DNA from: an uncultured Gammaproteobacteria bacterium
Lineage (GTDB): Bacteria; Patescibacteriota; Microgenomatia; UBA1406; HO2-37-13b
DNA: 64,000 bases
Direction of reading: 5' to 3'
NCBI GenBank assembly: GCA_964612595.1
Contig: CAZTFB010000001.1
Coordinates: forward strand, 259,058 to 323,057
In this document: one piece after another, positions 1 to 9,658 of the stretch
Position numbering within the stretch: position 1 is the stretch's first letter
Layout of the letters: every line of letters starts with the position of its first letter
Notes under the pieces: generated by a model
The model's database searches: none
Told to the model about the DNA's origin: nothing
The model's input: the letters and a program-made list of their open reading frames with translations, nothing else
Made by a program: the position numbers and the translations under genes

Positions 1-1333
1 CTCCTAAAGCAGATAACTGATCTTCAATATGCTCGTAACCCCTATCAATATGCGATGCTCCATGTATTACCGACTCACCCTCTGCAACACATGCTGCAAT
101 AACGAGACTTGCACCTGCTCGAATATCTGATGCAATAAGTGCCCCATTGTGTAATTTTGTGGGTCCTGTAATTCGTATTGCTTGTTGAAGCTCTCTAAGT
201 TCATCTTTTGAAGATATATTAAATTGATATACTTCACGTGCATCATTAAGCTCGGGTTGAAAGAATTCAATTTGAGCACCAAGTTTTCGTAATTCTTCGA
301 CATATCCGAATCTATTTTCAAAAACCGTTTCATGAATTGTAGATACGCCTTCTGCTTGAGTCATAAGAATTGCCCAAGGTCCTTGTGTATCAGTATTAAA
401 TCCAGGATGCGGAATAGTAGTAATGTCTGTATGTGTGAGTGGACCCTTATAAAAAAAACGGAGATTTTCACCTTCAGCTTCAAACCCACCTCCTGCTTCT
501 ATGAGTTTTTCGGTAAAATCAGTCACATATTTTGCATCAAGACCTTTAACCATAATATCTCCCTTTGTTGCGACCGCAAATACACCAAATGCTGCTGCAT
601 TAAGGCGGTCGCACATTATTGTGAATGTCCCAGTTGGATGTACAAGCTTCTCCACGCCATCGATGATAATATCCTTTCCTGAACGACGTACTCGTGCTCC
701 GGATTCATTTAAGAAACGGATCATATCATCAACCTCAGGCTCTTGGGCCGCGTTTTTTATAATAGACTGACCGTCTGCTACTGCCGCTATCATTAGTCCA
801 AGTTCAGTTCCAGTATGAGATGGTTTTTCAAAACTATATGTTGTCCCCTTCAAACGACTTCCCTGCAAAAATGCGTTATAGTAGCCTGTTGATGAATCAT
901 ATGATATGTTAACGCCGAACGCTTCAAGAAGCCTAATATGACGATCAATAGGACGAGCGCCAAGACGACACCCGCCTGGATTTGGAATGATAGCTTTTCC
1001 AAATTTGTACAACAAAGGAGCGAAAAGCATAAACGATGTACGAATTTTTGAACCATGTAACAGATCTACTTCGTACATTGAGAGACTTCCACCATCAACT
1101 GACACATCGTGTTCATCAATAAACGCAGCCTTAGCACCCAGCTTCGTCATTAAATGTAACTGTTCATCAATATCACTTAGATGAGGAATATTCTTGAATG
1201 TAACAGGTTTATCAAGCAATAACGCTGCAATGAGAACTTTTAGCGCAACGTTTTTTGCACCTGAAAGGCTAATTTCACCTTTAAGTGGCTTTCCTCCTCG
1301 CACAATAAATGCATTCTCGCTCTGTGTTTCCAT
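1..1333 (-). CDS. murA: UDP-N-acetylglucosamine 1-carboxyvinyltransferase MurA. The C-terminal end runs off the left edge, and it is absent from the ORF track because there is no stop in the window.
   Basis: Hand translation of the minus strand from ATG at 1333 gives METQSENAFIVRGGKPLKGEISLSGAKNVALK. It has the catalytic Cys loop PNPGGCRLGARPIDRH and the C-terminal HIDRGYEHIEDQLSALG, and the frame stays open to position 1. Confidence 0.85.
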   Translation of the reverse strand, partial: METQSENAFIVRGGKPLKGEISLSGAKNVALKVLIAALLLDKPVTFKNIPHLSDIDEQLHLMTKLGAKAAFIDEHDVSVDGGSLSMYEVDLLHGSKIRTSFMLFAPLLYKFGKAIIPNPGGCRLGARPIDRHIRLLEAFGVNISYDSSTGYYNAFLQGSRLKGTTYSFEKPSHTGTELGLMIAAVADGQSIIKNAAQEPEVDDMIRFLNESGARVRRSGKDIIIDGVEKLVHPTGTFTIMCDRLNAAAFGVFAVATKGDIMVKGLDAKYVTDFTEKLIEAGGGFEAEGENLRFFYKGPLTHTDITTIPHPGFNTDTQGPWAILMTQAEGVSTIHETVFENRFGYVEELRKLGAQIEFFQPELNDAREVYQFNISSKDELRELQQAIRITGPTKLHNGALIASDIRAGASLVIAACVAEGESVIHGASHIDRGYEHIEDQLSALG

Positions 1334-1340
1334 ATATGTA

Positions 1341-2264
1341 TTATATAACGCTAACCTCTTGTTCAAGCTCCACATTATAATGTTTTTTCACACGTGCTTT
1401 TATTTCTTTTAGCAAATCTTCCACGTCTTTCGTCGTTGCAGTACCATCATTCAGGATAAAATTTGCATGGACATCTGAAACAAATGCTCCACCAATTCGA
1501 AATCCTTTGAGACCAAGATCATCAATCATTTTGCCCGCCGATTGACCATGTACATTTTTAAAAAAACACCCTGAAGTCGCCACACCAAAAGGTTGTGTGT
1601 GTTTTCTGTAAGCAAGAGCTTCTTGACCTTGCTTAACAAGTTCCAGAGGATTTTTTTTCTGTAAAATGTATTCTGCCCAAACGACAAGTTCGCCAGTATC
1701 TTGAATACTGCTGTAATCGTATCCAAATTTAAAATAGTCTTTGTCTACAATTTTCAGTTCACCCTGTGGGGTAATCAGTTGTGCTCTATAAAGATTATCG
1801 CCAACATAGTACGTTTTGTCAGGATTTACCCACTTTGAATTCATAAAGAGTGCTCCACCGAGTGTGCCTGGGAGACCTAAGTGATGTTCAAATCCTTCCC
1901 AACCTTCCTCGGCGGTTTCTTTTGCAAGTCGCGTCATCGAGCATCCTGAGGATATATGGACTGTCACGCTTTTCTCATCTTCTGCCAAAAGTCTTTTCTC
2001 AGAAGTTCGATTGCGCACCACAACACCTTGAATGCCTGAATCTTTGATGACAATATTAGATGCTCCACCAAGCATTCTTACCGGAAGCTGGAGAGCGTGT
2101 GCAGCTTGTATACTACGAATAAGTTCTTCCTCGGTGTTTGCTTCAATATAATACTCTGCAGGACCACCCATTTTAAAGGTTGAAAATGGTTTTAAAACCA
2201 CCTGTTCTTTAACAACGATAGATGGCCCAAGCTTTTCTTGTAATGTGTCTGTAATGTTACTCAT
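1341..2264 (-). CDS. murB: UDP-N-acetylenolpyruvoylglucosamine reductase MurB
   Basis: 307 aa. It has an FAD-binding N-terminus (FSTFKMGGPAEYYIEA, LGGASNIVIKDSGIQGVVV) and lies between murC and murA. Confidence 0.9.
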   Translation of the reverse strand: MSNITDTLQEKLGPSIVVKEQVVLKPFSTFKMGGPAEYYIEANTEEELIRSIQAAHALQLPVRMLGGASNIVIKDSGIQGVVVRNRTSEKRLLAEDEKSVTVHISSGCSMTRLAKETAEEGWEGFEHHLGLPGTLGGALFMNSKWVNPDKTYYVGDNLYRAQLITPQGELKIVDKDYFKFGYDYSSIQDTGELVVWAEYILQKKNPLELVKQGQEALAYRKHTQPFGVATSGCFFKNVHGQSAGKMIDDLGLKGFRIGGAFVSDVHANFILNDGTATTKDVEDLLKEIKARVKKHYNVELEQEVSVI

Positions 2265-3639
2265 AAGATGTTCTGACTAACGCGAGCAATGTCGGATGCA
2301 TGGTGTAAACATCACCTGCACCCATTGTAATAATTGTAGTATTGTTATGCTGTTCTTTTCTCAGCTCAGAATATACCTCATCTGGTGTATAGAGATGGCC
2401 CAAATGTGTTTCAGATTGTGCGTTCAAACTTTCTCTTTCAGATGAGAAGACCTGAAGAATATAAGCTTTATCAGCTTTTTCTAATGATGATAAAAACTCA
2501 GATTCAAATTTGGTTGTTCGTGAAAATGTATGGGGTTGAAAGATCACAATAATTCGATTGTTGGGATGTTTACTTTTGGCAGCCTGCAAAACAGCAGTTA
2601 TTTCTTGCGGATGATGGGCGTAGTCATCATAAAGATATGTTGATTTGTAGTTTTCAATCAGTTCAAATCGGCGCGCGGAACCAGTAAATTCAGAAAGACC
2701 GCGGGTAATAGTTGTGTTATCAAGACCAGAAAGATGACTGGCAAGAACTGCGCCTGCGGCATTTAAGATGTTGTGCGCCCCACCAATTCGTAGCTGAAAT
2801 TCTCCGAGAAAAGTATCTCTAAAAGAGGCGGAGAATGATGTTGTATTTTCATTGTCTATGACGTGAGAAACTACAAGATCAGCACTCTTTGATAATCCAT
2901 ACGAATAGAGCTTGTCGTAAGCTAAATTCTGAATGACGGGTGATGTGTGATGATCGTTAGCACAATACAACACTTTTCCACCTCTATCTATTGTCGAAGT
3001 CATAAAAGCTTTAAATGCACCTTGGACTTCTTCTAAAGATGCATACACATCGGGATGATCATAATCAATGTTTGTACACAAGAGAATATCAGGGTGCTGA
3101 AAACTAAAACGCGGTGTCAAATCAATGAGTGGCTTATTTACATACTCATCAGCTTCTGCAATAAAATAATCTCTACCGTTGTATGCGCCGCCATCAATGC
3201 TAGAAAAGAAGGGTACGCCAATTTGGTGCCCACCTTTCATCTGACTGACCGAAAAAATTGTTGCAAGCATTGCTGACGTAGTCGTCTTGCCATGTGATCC
3301 ACACACAGATATTTTAAGTGCACTCTCATCCATAATCTCTCCCAATGCCTCAGCGTGTGTTTTTATAGTAATGCCCAGCTTTTCAATAGCAACATATTCA
3401 GCATTGTTTGGGTTTGCGTGAGCGCCACTTATGACAAAGAGATCAGTCTCTGCAGTAATATGTTTTTCATCAAAGCCTTGATATACAGTAATACCATACT
3501 TTTCCAGTACCTTGTCGGTTATAAAATGCTTTGCAACATCAGAACCGGATACGATGTTCCCCATTCGTTGCAATACAATCGCCAGGGACGTCATACCAAC
3601 GCCTTTTATGCCAATCATGAATATTTTTTTTCCCGTCAT
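2257..3639 (-). CDS. murC: UDP-N-acetylmuramate--L-alanine ligase MurC
   Basis: 460 aa. It has the motifs IGIKGVGMTSLAIVLQRMG and the P-loop CGSHGKTTTSAM, with Mur ligase middle and C-terminal domains. It overlaps murB by 8 nt. Confidence 0.9.
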   Translation of the reverse strand: MTGKKIFMIGIKGVGMTSLAIVLQRMGNIVSGSDVAKHFITDKVLEKYGITVYQGFDEKHITAETDLFVISGAHANPNNAEYVAIEKLGITIKTHAEALGEIMDESALKISVCGSHGKTTTSAMLATIFSVSQMKGGHQIGVPFFSSIDGGAYNGRDYFIAEADEYVNKPLIDLTPRFSFQHPDILLCTNIDYDHPDVYASLEEVQGAFKAFMTSTIDRGGKVLYCANDHHTSPVIQNLAYDKLYSYGLSKSADLVVSHVIDNENTTSFSASFRDTFLGEFQLRIGGAHNILNAAGAVLASHLSGLDNTTITRGLSEFTGSARRFELIENYKSTYLYDDYAHHPQEITAVLQAAKSKHPNNRIIVIFQPHTFSRTTKFESEFLSSLEKADKAYILQVFSSERESLNAQSETHLGHLYTPDEVYSELRKEQHNNTTIITMGAGDVYTMHPTLLALVRTSYE

Positions 3640-4307
3640 TATGTATTTTTTCTGATAAAACTAAACATTGAATGAGCAACCTTCTCTCTATTATACGAAT
3701 AATAGTTTTTTTCATCACAGCTGGTACATGCACGAACATATGAAATATTGTTTGGAAGTAAACCAGCTTCACAGAGTAGTGAATAATTTAAATATGTTAG
3801 GTTCAACATAATATCGTCGTTATTTTGTACAAACATCTTACTCGAATAAGCTGGAAAAGAGTTTTCAAACATCTCCTTGCGCTCTCCATACATTTTATAA
3901 CAACATGCACCAATGCAAGGCCCTATGGCTGCTCTAATCGTGCTAACATCGGCCCTACTTTTAACCATTTTTTGAACCATTTTTTGTTGAAGTCTTTCTA
4001 TGGTCCCTTTCCAACCCTGATGTGATGCACCAATAAGACCGCTTGTAGGATCATAGAACAATATTGGTGCACAATCTGCAGTTCTTACAACGAGTGTGAC
4101 AGCTCTTAATGCGCTTATAAGACCGTCCGATGAACTTATATTCGAAGTTACCATATCGTTTACCATAGTAATGGTACTGCCGTGTGACTGCTGCATTGTA
4201 ACTGTGGGTGTAAGAAGATTATTTGAAGAAAAATACTTTGTGCCAAATCCAGCAATTACCCCATCTGGGAAGCTGCATAACAGCGTTTTGGTCACTGGTG
4301 CTATCAT
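3639..4307 (-). CDS. pgeF: PgeF/YfiH family (DUF152) peptidoglycan editing factor / purine nucleoside phosphorylase-like protein
   Basis: 222 aa with the motifs QSHGSTI, TADCAPILFYD, HQGWKGT and IGPCIGACCY, typical of YfiH. Confidence 0.8.
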   Translation of the reverse strand: MIAPVTKTLLCSFPDGVIAGFGTKYFSSNNLLTPTVTMQQSHGSTITMVNDMVTSNISSSDGLISALRAVTLVVRTADCAPILFYDPTSGLIGASHQGWKGTIERLQQKMVQKMVKSRADVSTIRAAIGPCIGACCYKMYGERKEMFENSFPAYSSKMFVQNNDDIMLNLTYLNYSLLCEAGLLPNNISYVRACTSCDEKNYYSYNREKVAHSMFSFIRKNT

Positions 4308-5515
4308 TTCTGGAGAATTAGCGCCTTGCGAACTGCCCGATACTCATCCCACGAATATTCTTTTTTACCCCTTGCGAGACTTTGTTCGTGGCCCTTACCT
4401 GTAATCACCACAACATCCCCCTTTTTCGCAATGCTCATTGCAAATGATATTGCGTCCTGACGGCGCTCTTTTATAACATACTCTTTGATCTCAGGAATTT
4501 TGTTCTTGCTTTTTGTAAAACCTTGCTCGTTAAGACCCTTTATTATTGCTTTCGTAATCGAAGAAAATTTCTCTGTGCGAAAATCTTCTTCTGTAAGTAT
4601 GACGATATCAGCACACTCTCCACTCGCCCTACCCATATCTGGTCGCTTATCAGCATCACGAAGCCCTGCTGATCCAAACACATGTATTATTCTACCCTTT
4701 GATTTTCTTAGTTCTTTCAGAAGTTTGCGAATAGAGTTTGGTGTATGTGCAAAGTCAATATATACCTTAAAATCTTGATTATATACACAGTCTAATCGAC
4801 CTTTAGGAAGTACATAGGTACGAATACCCTTCAAAATATCTGTGAGAGGAATACCGATTTCTTTACAACATGCATATGCAGCCATAATATTTTCTCTATT
4901 AAAATCTTCCTGCAAAGATGTTTTGATGCGATCAGACCAGATATAATTTGCATCGTCACGTAAAGAATATGTAACAAATTCTTTTTTATCCGAAAGTAAC
5001 AATTGAGCGACTTTATTGAAAGAATCATCATCCTTATTAATAATGGCTTTCTTCTTCGCCCATTTTAAAAGTCGCACTTTGGTTTTAAGGTAATTATCGT
5101 ACGTTTTATGATAATCAAGGTGCTCGTTTGTAATATTAGTTAGCACTGAGTAATCAAATGCAACCCACCCTACTCGATATTGATCTATCCCATGCGACGT
5201 CGTCTCAATTATGAAAAACTCCCCACCTTTTTCAACTGCTTTTCGTAGATTTTTTTGTATTTCCCATCGACTCTGTGTCGTCACGTGTAACCCAGTATCT
5301 GAAATCTCACCCGCAATGTCAGCATATACTGAGGAGGTCAGAGATACATTTCTCCCTGCTGTTTTGAGAATATGATAAATAAGATGCGATGTCGTTGTTT
5401 TTCCATCTGTTCCCGTCACACCAATAACAGATAACTTGCGGCTTGGAAATCCATATTTCACATTCGCAGCAAGCGCTTCAAACCAATGTATAGTATTCTT
5501 AATTTTTCGTATCAT
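4304..5515 (-). CDS. murE: MurE-like Mur ligase (UDP-MurNAc-tripeptide synthetase) lacking the usual N-terminal UDP-binding domain
   Basis: 403 aa. The P-loop GVTGTDGKTTTSH sits only about 35 aa from the N-terminus, and the C-terminal motif is ITGKGHEQ. It occupies the position after ftsI in the dcw order. Confidence 0.7.
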   Translation of the reverse strand: MIRKIKNTIHWFEALAANVKYGFPSRKLSVIGVTGTDGKTTTSHLIYHILKTAGRNVSLTSSVYADIAGEISDTGLHVTTQSRWEIQKNLRKAVEKGGEFFIIETTSHGIDQYRVGWVAFDYSVLTNITNEHLDYHKTYDNYLKTKVRLLKWAKKKAIINKDDDSFNKVAQLLLSDKKEFVTYSLRDDANYIWSDRIKTSLQEDFNRENIMAAYACCKEIGIPLTDILKGIRTYVLPKGRLDCVYNQDFKVYIDFAHTPNSIRKLLKELRKSKGRIIHVFGSAGLRDADKRPDMGRASGECADIVILTEEDFRTEKFSSITKAIIKGLNEQGFTKSKNKIPEIKEYVIKERRQDAISFAMSIAKKGDVVVITGKGHEQSLARGKKEYSWDEYRAVRKALILQK

Positions 5516-5521
5516 ATATTC

Positions 5522-7183
5522 TTAGTTTGGAGCTATATTATACTCCACAAACAAATTTTTTGCTATGCTGAAGAAGAGAGGTGCGGCGGTTTCGGACGCC
5601 CACTGTGACGTTTCTGGTTGGCTCAAACTTACGAGAATTACAAATTCTGGATTTTGAACTGGAGCAAAACCTATATAAGAAGCTGTTGTTTTAGTGGCAT
5701 CATAAGAGCCTGACAATGCTATTTGGGCAGTACCTGTTTTCCCTCCTATACGATATCCCTTTGGCACATCCCACTTCGCTTCACCATGTTTAACTGTTTC
5801 CTCAAGCATTTTCCTAATTTCTTTAGACGTTTTTTCACCTATTACTTGTCGTAACTTTTTAGGTTTAATATCTTTTTGTTCACCATTTTCAGACACAAGT
5901 CCTTTAACCACAAAAGGCTTCATAATCCATCCTCCATTTATAAGCGCAGAGAAAGCAGTAAGCATTTGAATTTGTGAAACAGCTATGCCTTGACCGAAGG
6001 TTACAGTTGCATAATCTACGGGATACCATAGTTTCTTTGGCTTTATACGTGTTACCACCTCACCCTGAAGATCAATTCCTGTTTCTTTTCCAAAACCGAA
6101 TTTTTCAAGATAGGTGAGAATTTTATCATTTCCTAATTTTTCTCCAATATGTACCATTCCAACATTCGAGGAGGTCTGCAAAATCCTCGAAATTGATATA
6201 GTGCCGTTATATTCATCATTCCACGTACTGATCGAATACTGACCAATACGTATTGGTCCTTTTTCATCGTATGTATCATCAGCCTTAATAGCTTTTTCTT
6301 CGAGAGCTGCTGCCACAATGAGTGGTTTGAAAATTGATCCTGGCTCGAAGGTATCTGATATGATGGGGTTTCTAAATTCATGTTGACTAAAAGCAGAGTA
6401 CTTATTTGGGTCAAAGTCTGGCAAACACGACATAGCTAAAATTTCACCTGTATTCGGATTTGCCACAGTGACGCATCCACTTTTCGCTTTATACTTCTCC
6501 ATTGCAGATAACAACTCACGTTTAACTATCATTTGAGAGGTTTTATCGATGGTCAGAATGAGATCTCTTCCATCCTCACCTTTCAATCGGTTTTGAGTAC
6601 CAATAACAATAGGACGTCCAATAATATCACGTTCAGTTTTTAGAATACCTGGAAGACCTTCAAGATCTTTATGATAATATCCCTCAATACCGAAGTAGCC
6701 AACATTATCACCTTCATCGTCCTTTCCTACAAAACCTAACAGCTGCGCAGCTATTGATGCTTCAGGATAGTATCGTTTTTTATATTCATCAAATCCAACT
6801 CCATCGAGCTTTCGGTTCTCAATTTCTTTTTTTTGTTCTTCAGTAACATTATCAACTAATGATACCCATTGCTTCTCCTTCTTAAATCTTCCTTCAAGTG
6901 TTGCTTCACCTACCTGAGTTACTTCGTCAATCTGTTTTAACAATTTCCACGAATCTGTTACATTTTTAGGTTCACTAAACAAGGTGTAATACGATTGATT
7001 TACCACAAGAGGTTCCTTGTTTCTATCGTATATATTGCCTCTGTCAGGCTCTATTCGTGTAGATCGTAAATAGTTGTTGGGAGTATATGCATCAGATGCT
7101 AGAATTTGAATGTAAAAAAGCTTTGCAACGATTAAGCTGATAAATAATAAGAAGAGTGACGATAAAACATATATTCTACGCAT
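5522..7183 (-). CDS. ftsI: Class B penicillin-binding protein / peptidoglycan D,D-transpeptidase (FtsI-like)
   Basis: 553 aa with an N-terminal TM segment, an SxxK motif (GSIFKP), SSN and KTGT. Confidence 0.85.
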   Translation of the reverse strand: MRRIYVLSSLFLLFISLIVAKLFYIQILASDAYTPNNYLRSTRIEPDRGNIYDRNKEPLVVNQSYYTLFSEPKNVTDSWKLLKQIDEVTQVGEATLEGRFKKEKQWVSLVDNVTEEQKKEIENRKLDGVGFDEYKKRYYPEASIAAQLLGFVGKDDEGDNVGYFGIEGYYHKDLEGLPGILKTERDIIGRPIVIGTQNRLKGEDGRDLILTIDKTSQMIVKRELLSAMEKYKAKSGCVTVANPNTGEILAMSCLPDFDPNKYSAFSQHEFRNPIISDTFEPGSIFKPLIVAAALEEKAIKADDTYDEKGPIRIGQYSISTWNDEYNGTISISRILQTSSNVGMVHIGEKLGNDKILTYLEKFGFGKETGIDLQGEVVTRIKPKKLWYPVDYATVTFGQGIAVSQIQMLTAFSALINGGWIMKPFVVKGLVSENGEQKDIKPKKLRQVIGEKTSKEIRKMLEETVKHGEAKWDVPKGYRIGGKTGTAQIALSGSYDATKTTASYIGFAPVQNPEFVILVSLSQPETSQWASETAAPLFFSIAKNLFVEYNIAPN

Positions 7184-7192
7184 AGCCTGTAC

Positions 7193-7549
7193 CTATTGTG
7201 CCATTGCATAATTGGGTTTTTCAAAGAAAATCGGTTCCGCTTGTTTTGTAAAGCCAAGTTGCTCAGCAATGTAAGCTAAAGAAGTGAGTGAATCTTCTGC
7301 ATACATTTTTTTCTGGAGATTTTCATTTTCTTTTCTCATTTTGGTAATATCGTGCTCAAGAACAGATATGCTATCTGAGAGATGCACAGATTTTGCAAAT
7401 ACGACAATGTTGCCTAACATAAGCGAAAGAACGATTACCACAACAGATATTTTTGCCACATACATGAAGCGACTAGCAAGTGGCTTCTTTCCAACTTCGT
7501 TGTGTCTTCTATTTTTATGTTTTCTCCAAAGCATATTATTTTTCTGCAA
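7193..7549 (-). CDS. ftsL: FtsL-like small bitopic division protein
   Basis: 118 aa with a basic N-terminus, one TM segment and a coiled-coil (ENENLQKK). It lies between rsmH and ftsI. Confidence 0.5.
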   Translation of the reverse strand: MQKNNMLWRKHKNRRHNEVGKKPLASRFMYVAKISVVVIVLSLMLGNIVVFAKSVHLSDSISVLEHDITKMRKENENLQKKMYAEDSLTSLAYIAEQLGFTKQAEPIFFEKPNYAMAQ

Positions 7550-8357
7550 CTCTTAGTTTTGCAGATCTTTCGAACCTTTTTTTATAACTTCCTCGGATTG
7601 GTTTCTTGTTAATCTCCTTAAAGCCTGCTTTTATTAGTTCCTGCTTAACAAATCTGTCTTCGCCAGGGTGAAAAGTTATTATTGCTATCCTTCCTCCGGG
7701 CGCCAATATTTCGTAACTTCCCTTTATGCCAGCACTTATGTTTTGAAACTCATGATTTACTTCCATTCTTAGTGCTTGAAAAATGCGAGCGAGTGTCTGA
7801 GAAGCACAATGTTTCGCCATTGCACTTTTAAGCTCGCCAACTGTTTCAATTTTTCTCAAAGTACGGGCGCGGACAATATCGTCCACAATTGACCTAGAAC
7901 TGAGCTCTTCAGCATGCTTTGTAAATGTTTCATATAACTGTTCATTACTGTAACTATTAATAATCTGTGCAGCAGTCGTTTCCAGTTCATTGTTAAGTCT
8001 CATATCAAGAGGCTCATCGTCTTTCTCGTAACTGAAGCCTCGTCCACTTTCTCGAATCTGCATCATAGAAAGTCCGAGATCGAACAAAATGCCATCGCAA
8101 GGGACAAAACTGTTTTCCTTGGCCACTTCGGCTATATCAGCATAGTTTGACTCTATAAGCGTAATGCCCAAGTCGCGTAACCCGTCCGCATAGAGCTCCA
8201 CAATATGTGGATCCCACTCTAGCGCCAAAACCTTTGCCCCTTGCTCGGCAAGTAGACGACTATGTCCGCCAACACCAAATGTAGCGTCAACATAGCATCC
8301 GTTTTTTTGAACGAGTAAACTTCCGACTGCTTCGTGTAAAAGTACTGATGTATGCAT
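7536..8357 (-). CDS. rsmH: 16S rRNA (cytosine1402-N4)-methyltransferase RsmH/MraW
   Basis: 273 aa with HTSVLLHEAV and DATFGVGGHS motifs. It lies after mraZ. Confidence 0.85.
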   Translation of the reverse strand: MHTSVLLHEAVGSLLVQKNGCYVDATFGVGGHSRLLAEQGAKVLALEWDPHIVELYADGLRDLGITLIESNYADIAEVAKENSFVPCDGILFDLGLSMMQIRESGRGFSYEKDDEPLDMRLNNELETTAAQIINSYSNEQLYETFTKHAEELSSRSIVDDIVRARTLRKIETVGELKSAMAKHCASQTLARIFQALRMEVNHEFQNISAGIKGSYEILAPGGRIAIITFHPGEDRFVKQELIKAGFKEINKKPIRGSYKKRFERSAKLRVAEK

Positions 8358-8360
8358 AAG

Positions 8361-8759
8361 CTACATCTTGACGCTTGCAAGGTATGATTCCCATGCAGCT
8401 TCATCCCAAATTTCAAAATGATCTCCTACTCCAATAACCTTCATTTTTTGTGATGAGAATTTCATATATTGTGTCAGGGATTTTGGCAAGACTATTCGTC
8501 CCTGATCATCTATAACAAGCTCTTGAGCTCCTGAGAAGAGCATTCTTCTTTTATCGATCTGTTCCTTTTCAAGGAGCGACACGGTGTTTAATTCGGCGGT
8601 TCTGCGTGTCCAATCGTCTCTGTCATATCCGGCAAGACATACGTCAAAGCCTTTTGTGACAACGCATGTGTCACCGTGAATATTTTCACGAATCTTTTTC
8701 GGGATTGCGATTCTTCCCCCATCTGTTACCGAGACTGAATATTCACCGAAAAACACCAT
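8361..8759 (-). CDS. mraZ: Transcriptional regulator MraZ
   Basis: 132 aa with duplicated SpoVT/AbrB-like halves (GRIAIPKKIRE and GRIVLPKSL). Confidence 0.85.
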   Translation of the reverse strand: MVFFGEYSVSVTDGGRIAIPKKIRENIHGDTCVVTKGFDVCLAGYDRDDWTRRTAELNTVSLLEKEQIDKRRMLFSGAQELVIDDQGRIVLPKSLTQYMKFSSQKMKVIGVGDHFEIWDEAAWESYLASVKM

Positions 8760-8767
8760 TACTAACC

Positions 8768-8797
8768 ATAATACACCGTTTAATTCACGTCTGTCAA
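8768..8797 (-). promoter_or_regulatory. Sigma70-like promoter of the mraZ operon
   Basis: On the minus strand: TTGACA (8797-8792), an 18-nt spacer, TATTAT (8773-8768), then 8 nt to ATG at 8759. There is no SD. Confidence 0.5.
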
Positions 8798-8839
8798 GGA
8801 GTATTTCGCCTCAAAACACACTACCGGTAGCCTCTTTGA

Positions 8840-8845
8840 TATAAT
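8840..8845 (+). promoter_or_regulatory. -10 box placed for a leaderless transcript of the 8852 gene
   Basis: TATAAT at 8840-8845 is followed by exactly 6 nt and then ATG at 8852. Confidence 0.45.
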
Positions 8846-8851
8846 GGAAGA

Positions 8852-9157
8852 ATGAAGAGTAAACTTGTACGTGATAATGTGCCAGATATTATTTCTGCTT
8901 CGGGTAGAAAACCCGTAATTCACACTGCTACTGACCAAGAATATGAGGCTGCGCTTAAAGAAAAGCTGGTTGAAGAAGTTCAGGAGTTTCTTGAAAATCC
9001 AAATTCTGACGAGCTCGCAGATATTCAGGAGGTTTTAAATGCATTAATAGAACAAAATCCAGATGATGTAGAATCAATCCGCCTTGATAAAAAGGCGCGC
9101 AACGGTGGATTCGCATCACGAATCATTCTCGAGGATATAGTAGGATCAGGTTTGTAA
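8852..9157 (+). CDS. Small MazG/PRA-PH-like nucleoside triphosphate pyrophosphohydrolase
   Basis: 101 aa. KLVRDNVPDIISASG, EKLVEEVQEFLE, ELADIQEVLNAL and RNGGFASRIILEDI match the short all-alpha house-cleaning NTP-PPase family. Confidence 0.65.
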   Translation: MKSKLVRDNVPDIISASGRKPVIHTATDQEYEAALKEKLVEEVQEFLENPNSDELADIQEVLNALIEQNPDDVESIRLDKKARNGGFASRIILEDIVGSGL

Positions 9158-9163
9158 TACGAG

Positions 9164-9652
9164 CTATATCTCAAATTCGCCTTCAAATAGTTGGCCGCCG
9201 TATGTTCCGGTAAACTTGAGAAGTGCTTTTACTGATGTGATACCCTTGTCGTATTTACAGGTTCCTGAGGAACAGGTTCCTAATGTAATCTGTCGCTTGA
9301 CCGGCTCTTTACCGTCAAATTCAATAGTGCCAATAACACCTTTTGGAACCTTCTCCCCATCTACAGTTGCTTCGTAGGATAGTTCGTATTCTATGGATTC
9401 TGTACCCTCAGGAACACCAGAGACGGTCAGAGAAGCTTCTTGCTTTTTCGCATCAGAAGTTATGTCGACCTTAACAGTGTCTGCAACTGTTGGGAGAACT
9501 TCAACATCTGGCAAGATATCTTCGTTCGCTTCTTCATTTGCCGAATCTCCTCCTCTACCTTGAGTTACCATGTAACCAACTCCTGCAAGGAGAATGAGCA
9601 CAACAGCGACTATTAACATATTCTTGTTTTTCTTGATCATGTTCATATCCAT
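9164..9652 (-). CDS. Hypothetical membrane-anchored or secreted protein
   Basis: 162 aa with an N-terminal TM segment (MLIVAVVLILLAGVGYMV), an acidic linker and a beta-rich C-terminus with a CSSGTC pair. I recognise no family. Confidence 0.5.
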   Translation of the reverse strand: MDMNMIKKNKNMLIVAVVLILLAGVGYMVTQGRGGDSANEEANEDILPDVEVLPTVADTVKVDITSDAKKQEASLTVSGVPEGTESIEYELSYEATVDGEKVPKGVIGTIEFDGKEPVKRQITLGTCSSGTCKYDKGITSVKALLKFTGTYGGQLFEGEFEI

Positions 9653-9658
9653 AAATAT

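Noticed and set aside
332-1412. Short plus- and minus-strand ORFs in the track across 67-1412: 88, 116, 89, 68, 65 and 72 aa.
   Set aside because: They lie inside the murA coding region, which is open from 1333 to the window edge on the minus strand, and have no recognisable features. The same applies to the many short antisense ORFs listed inside the other large genes.
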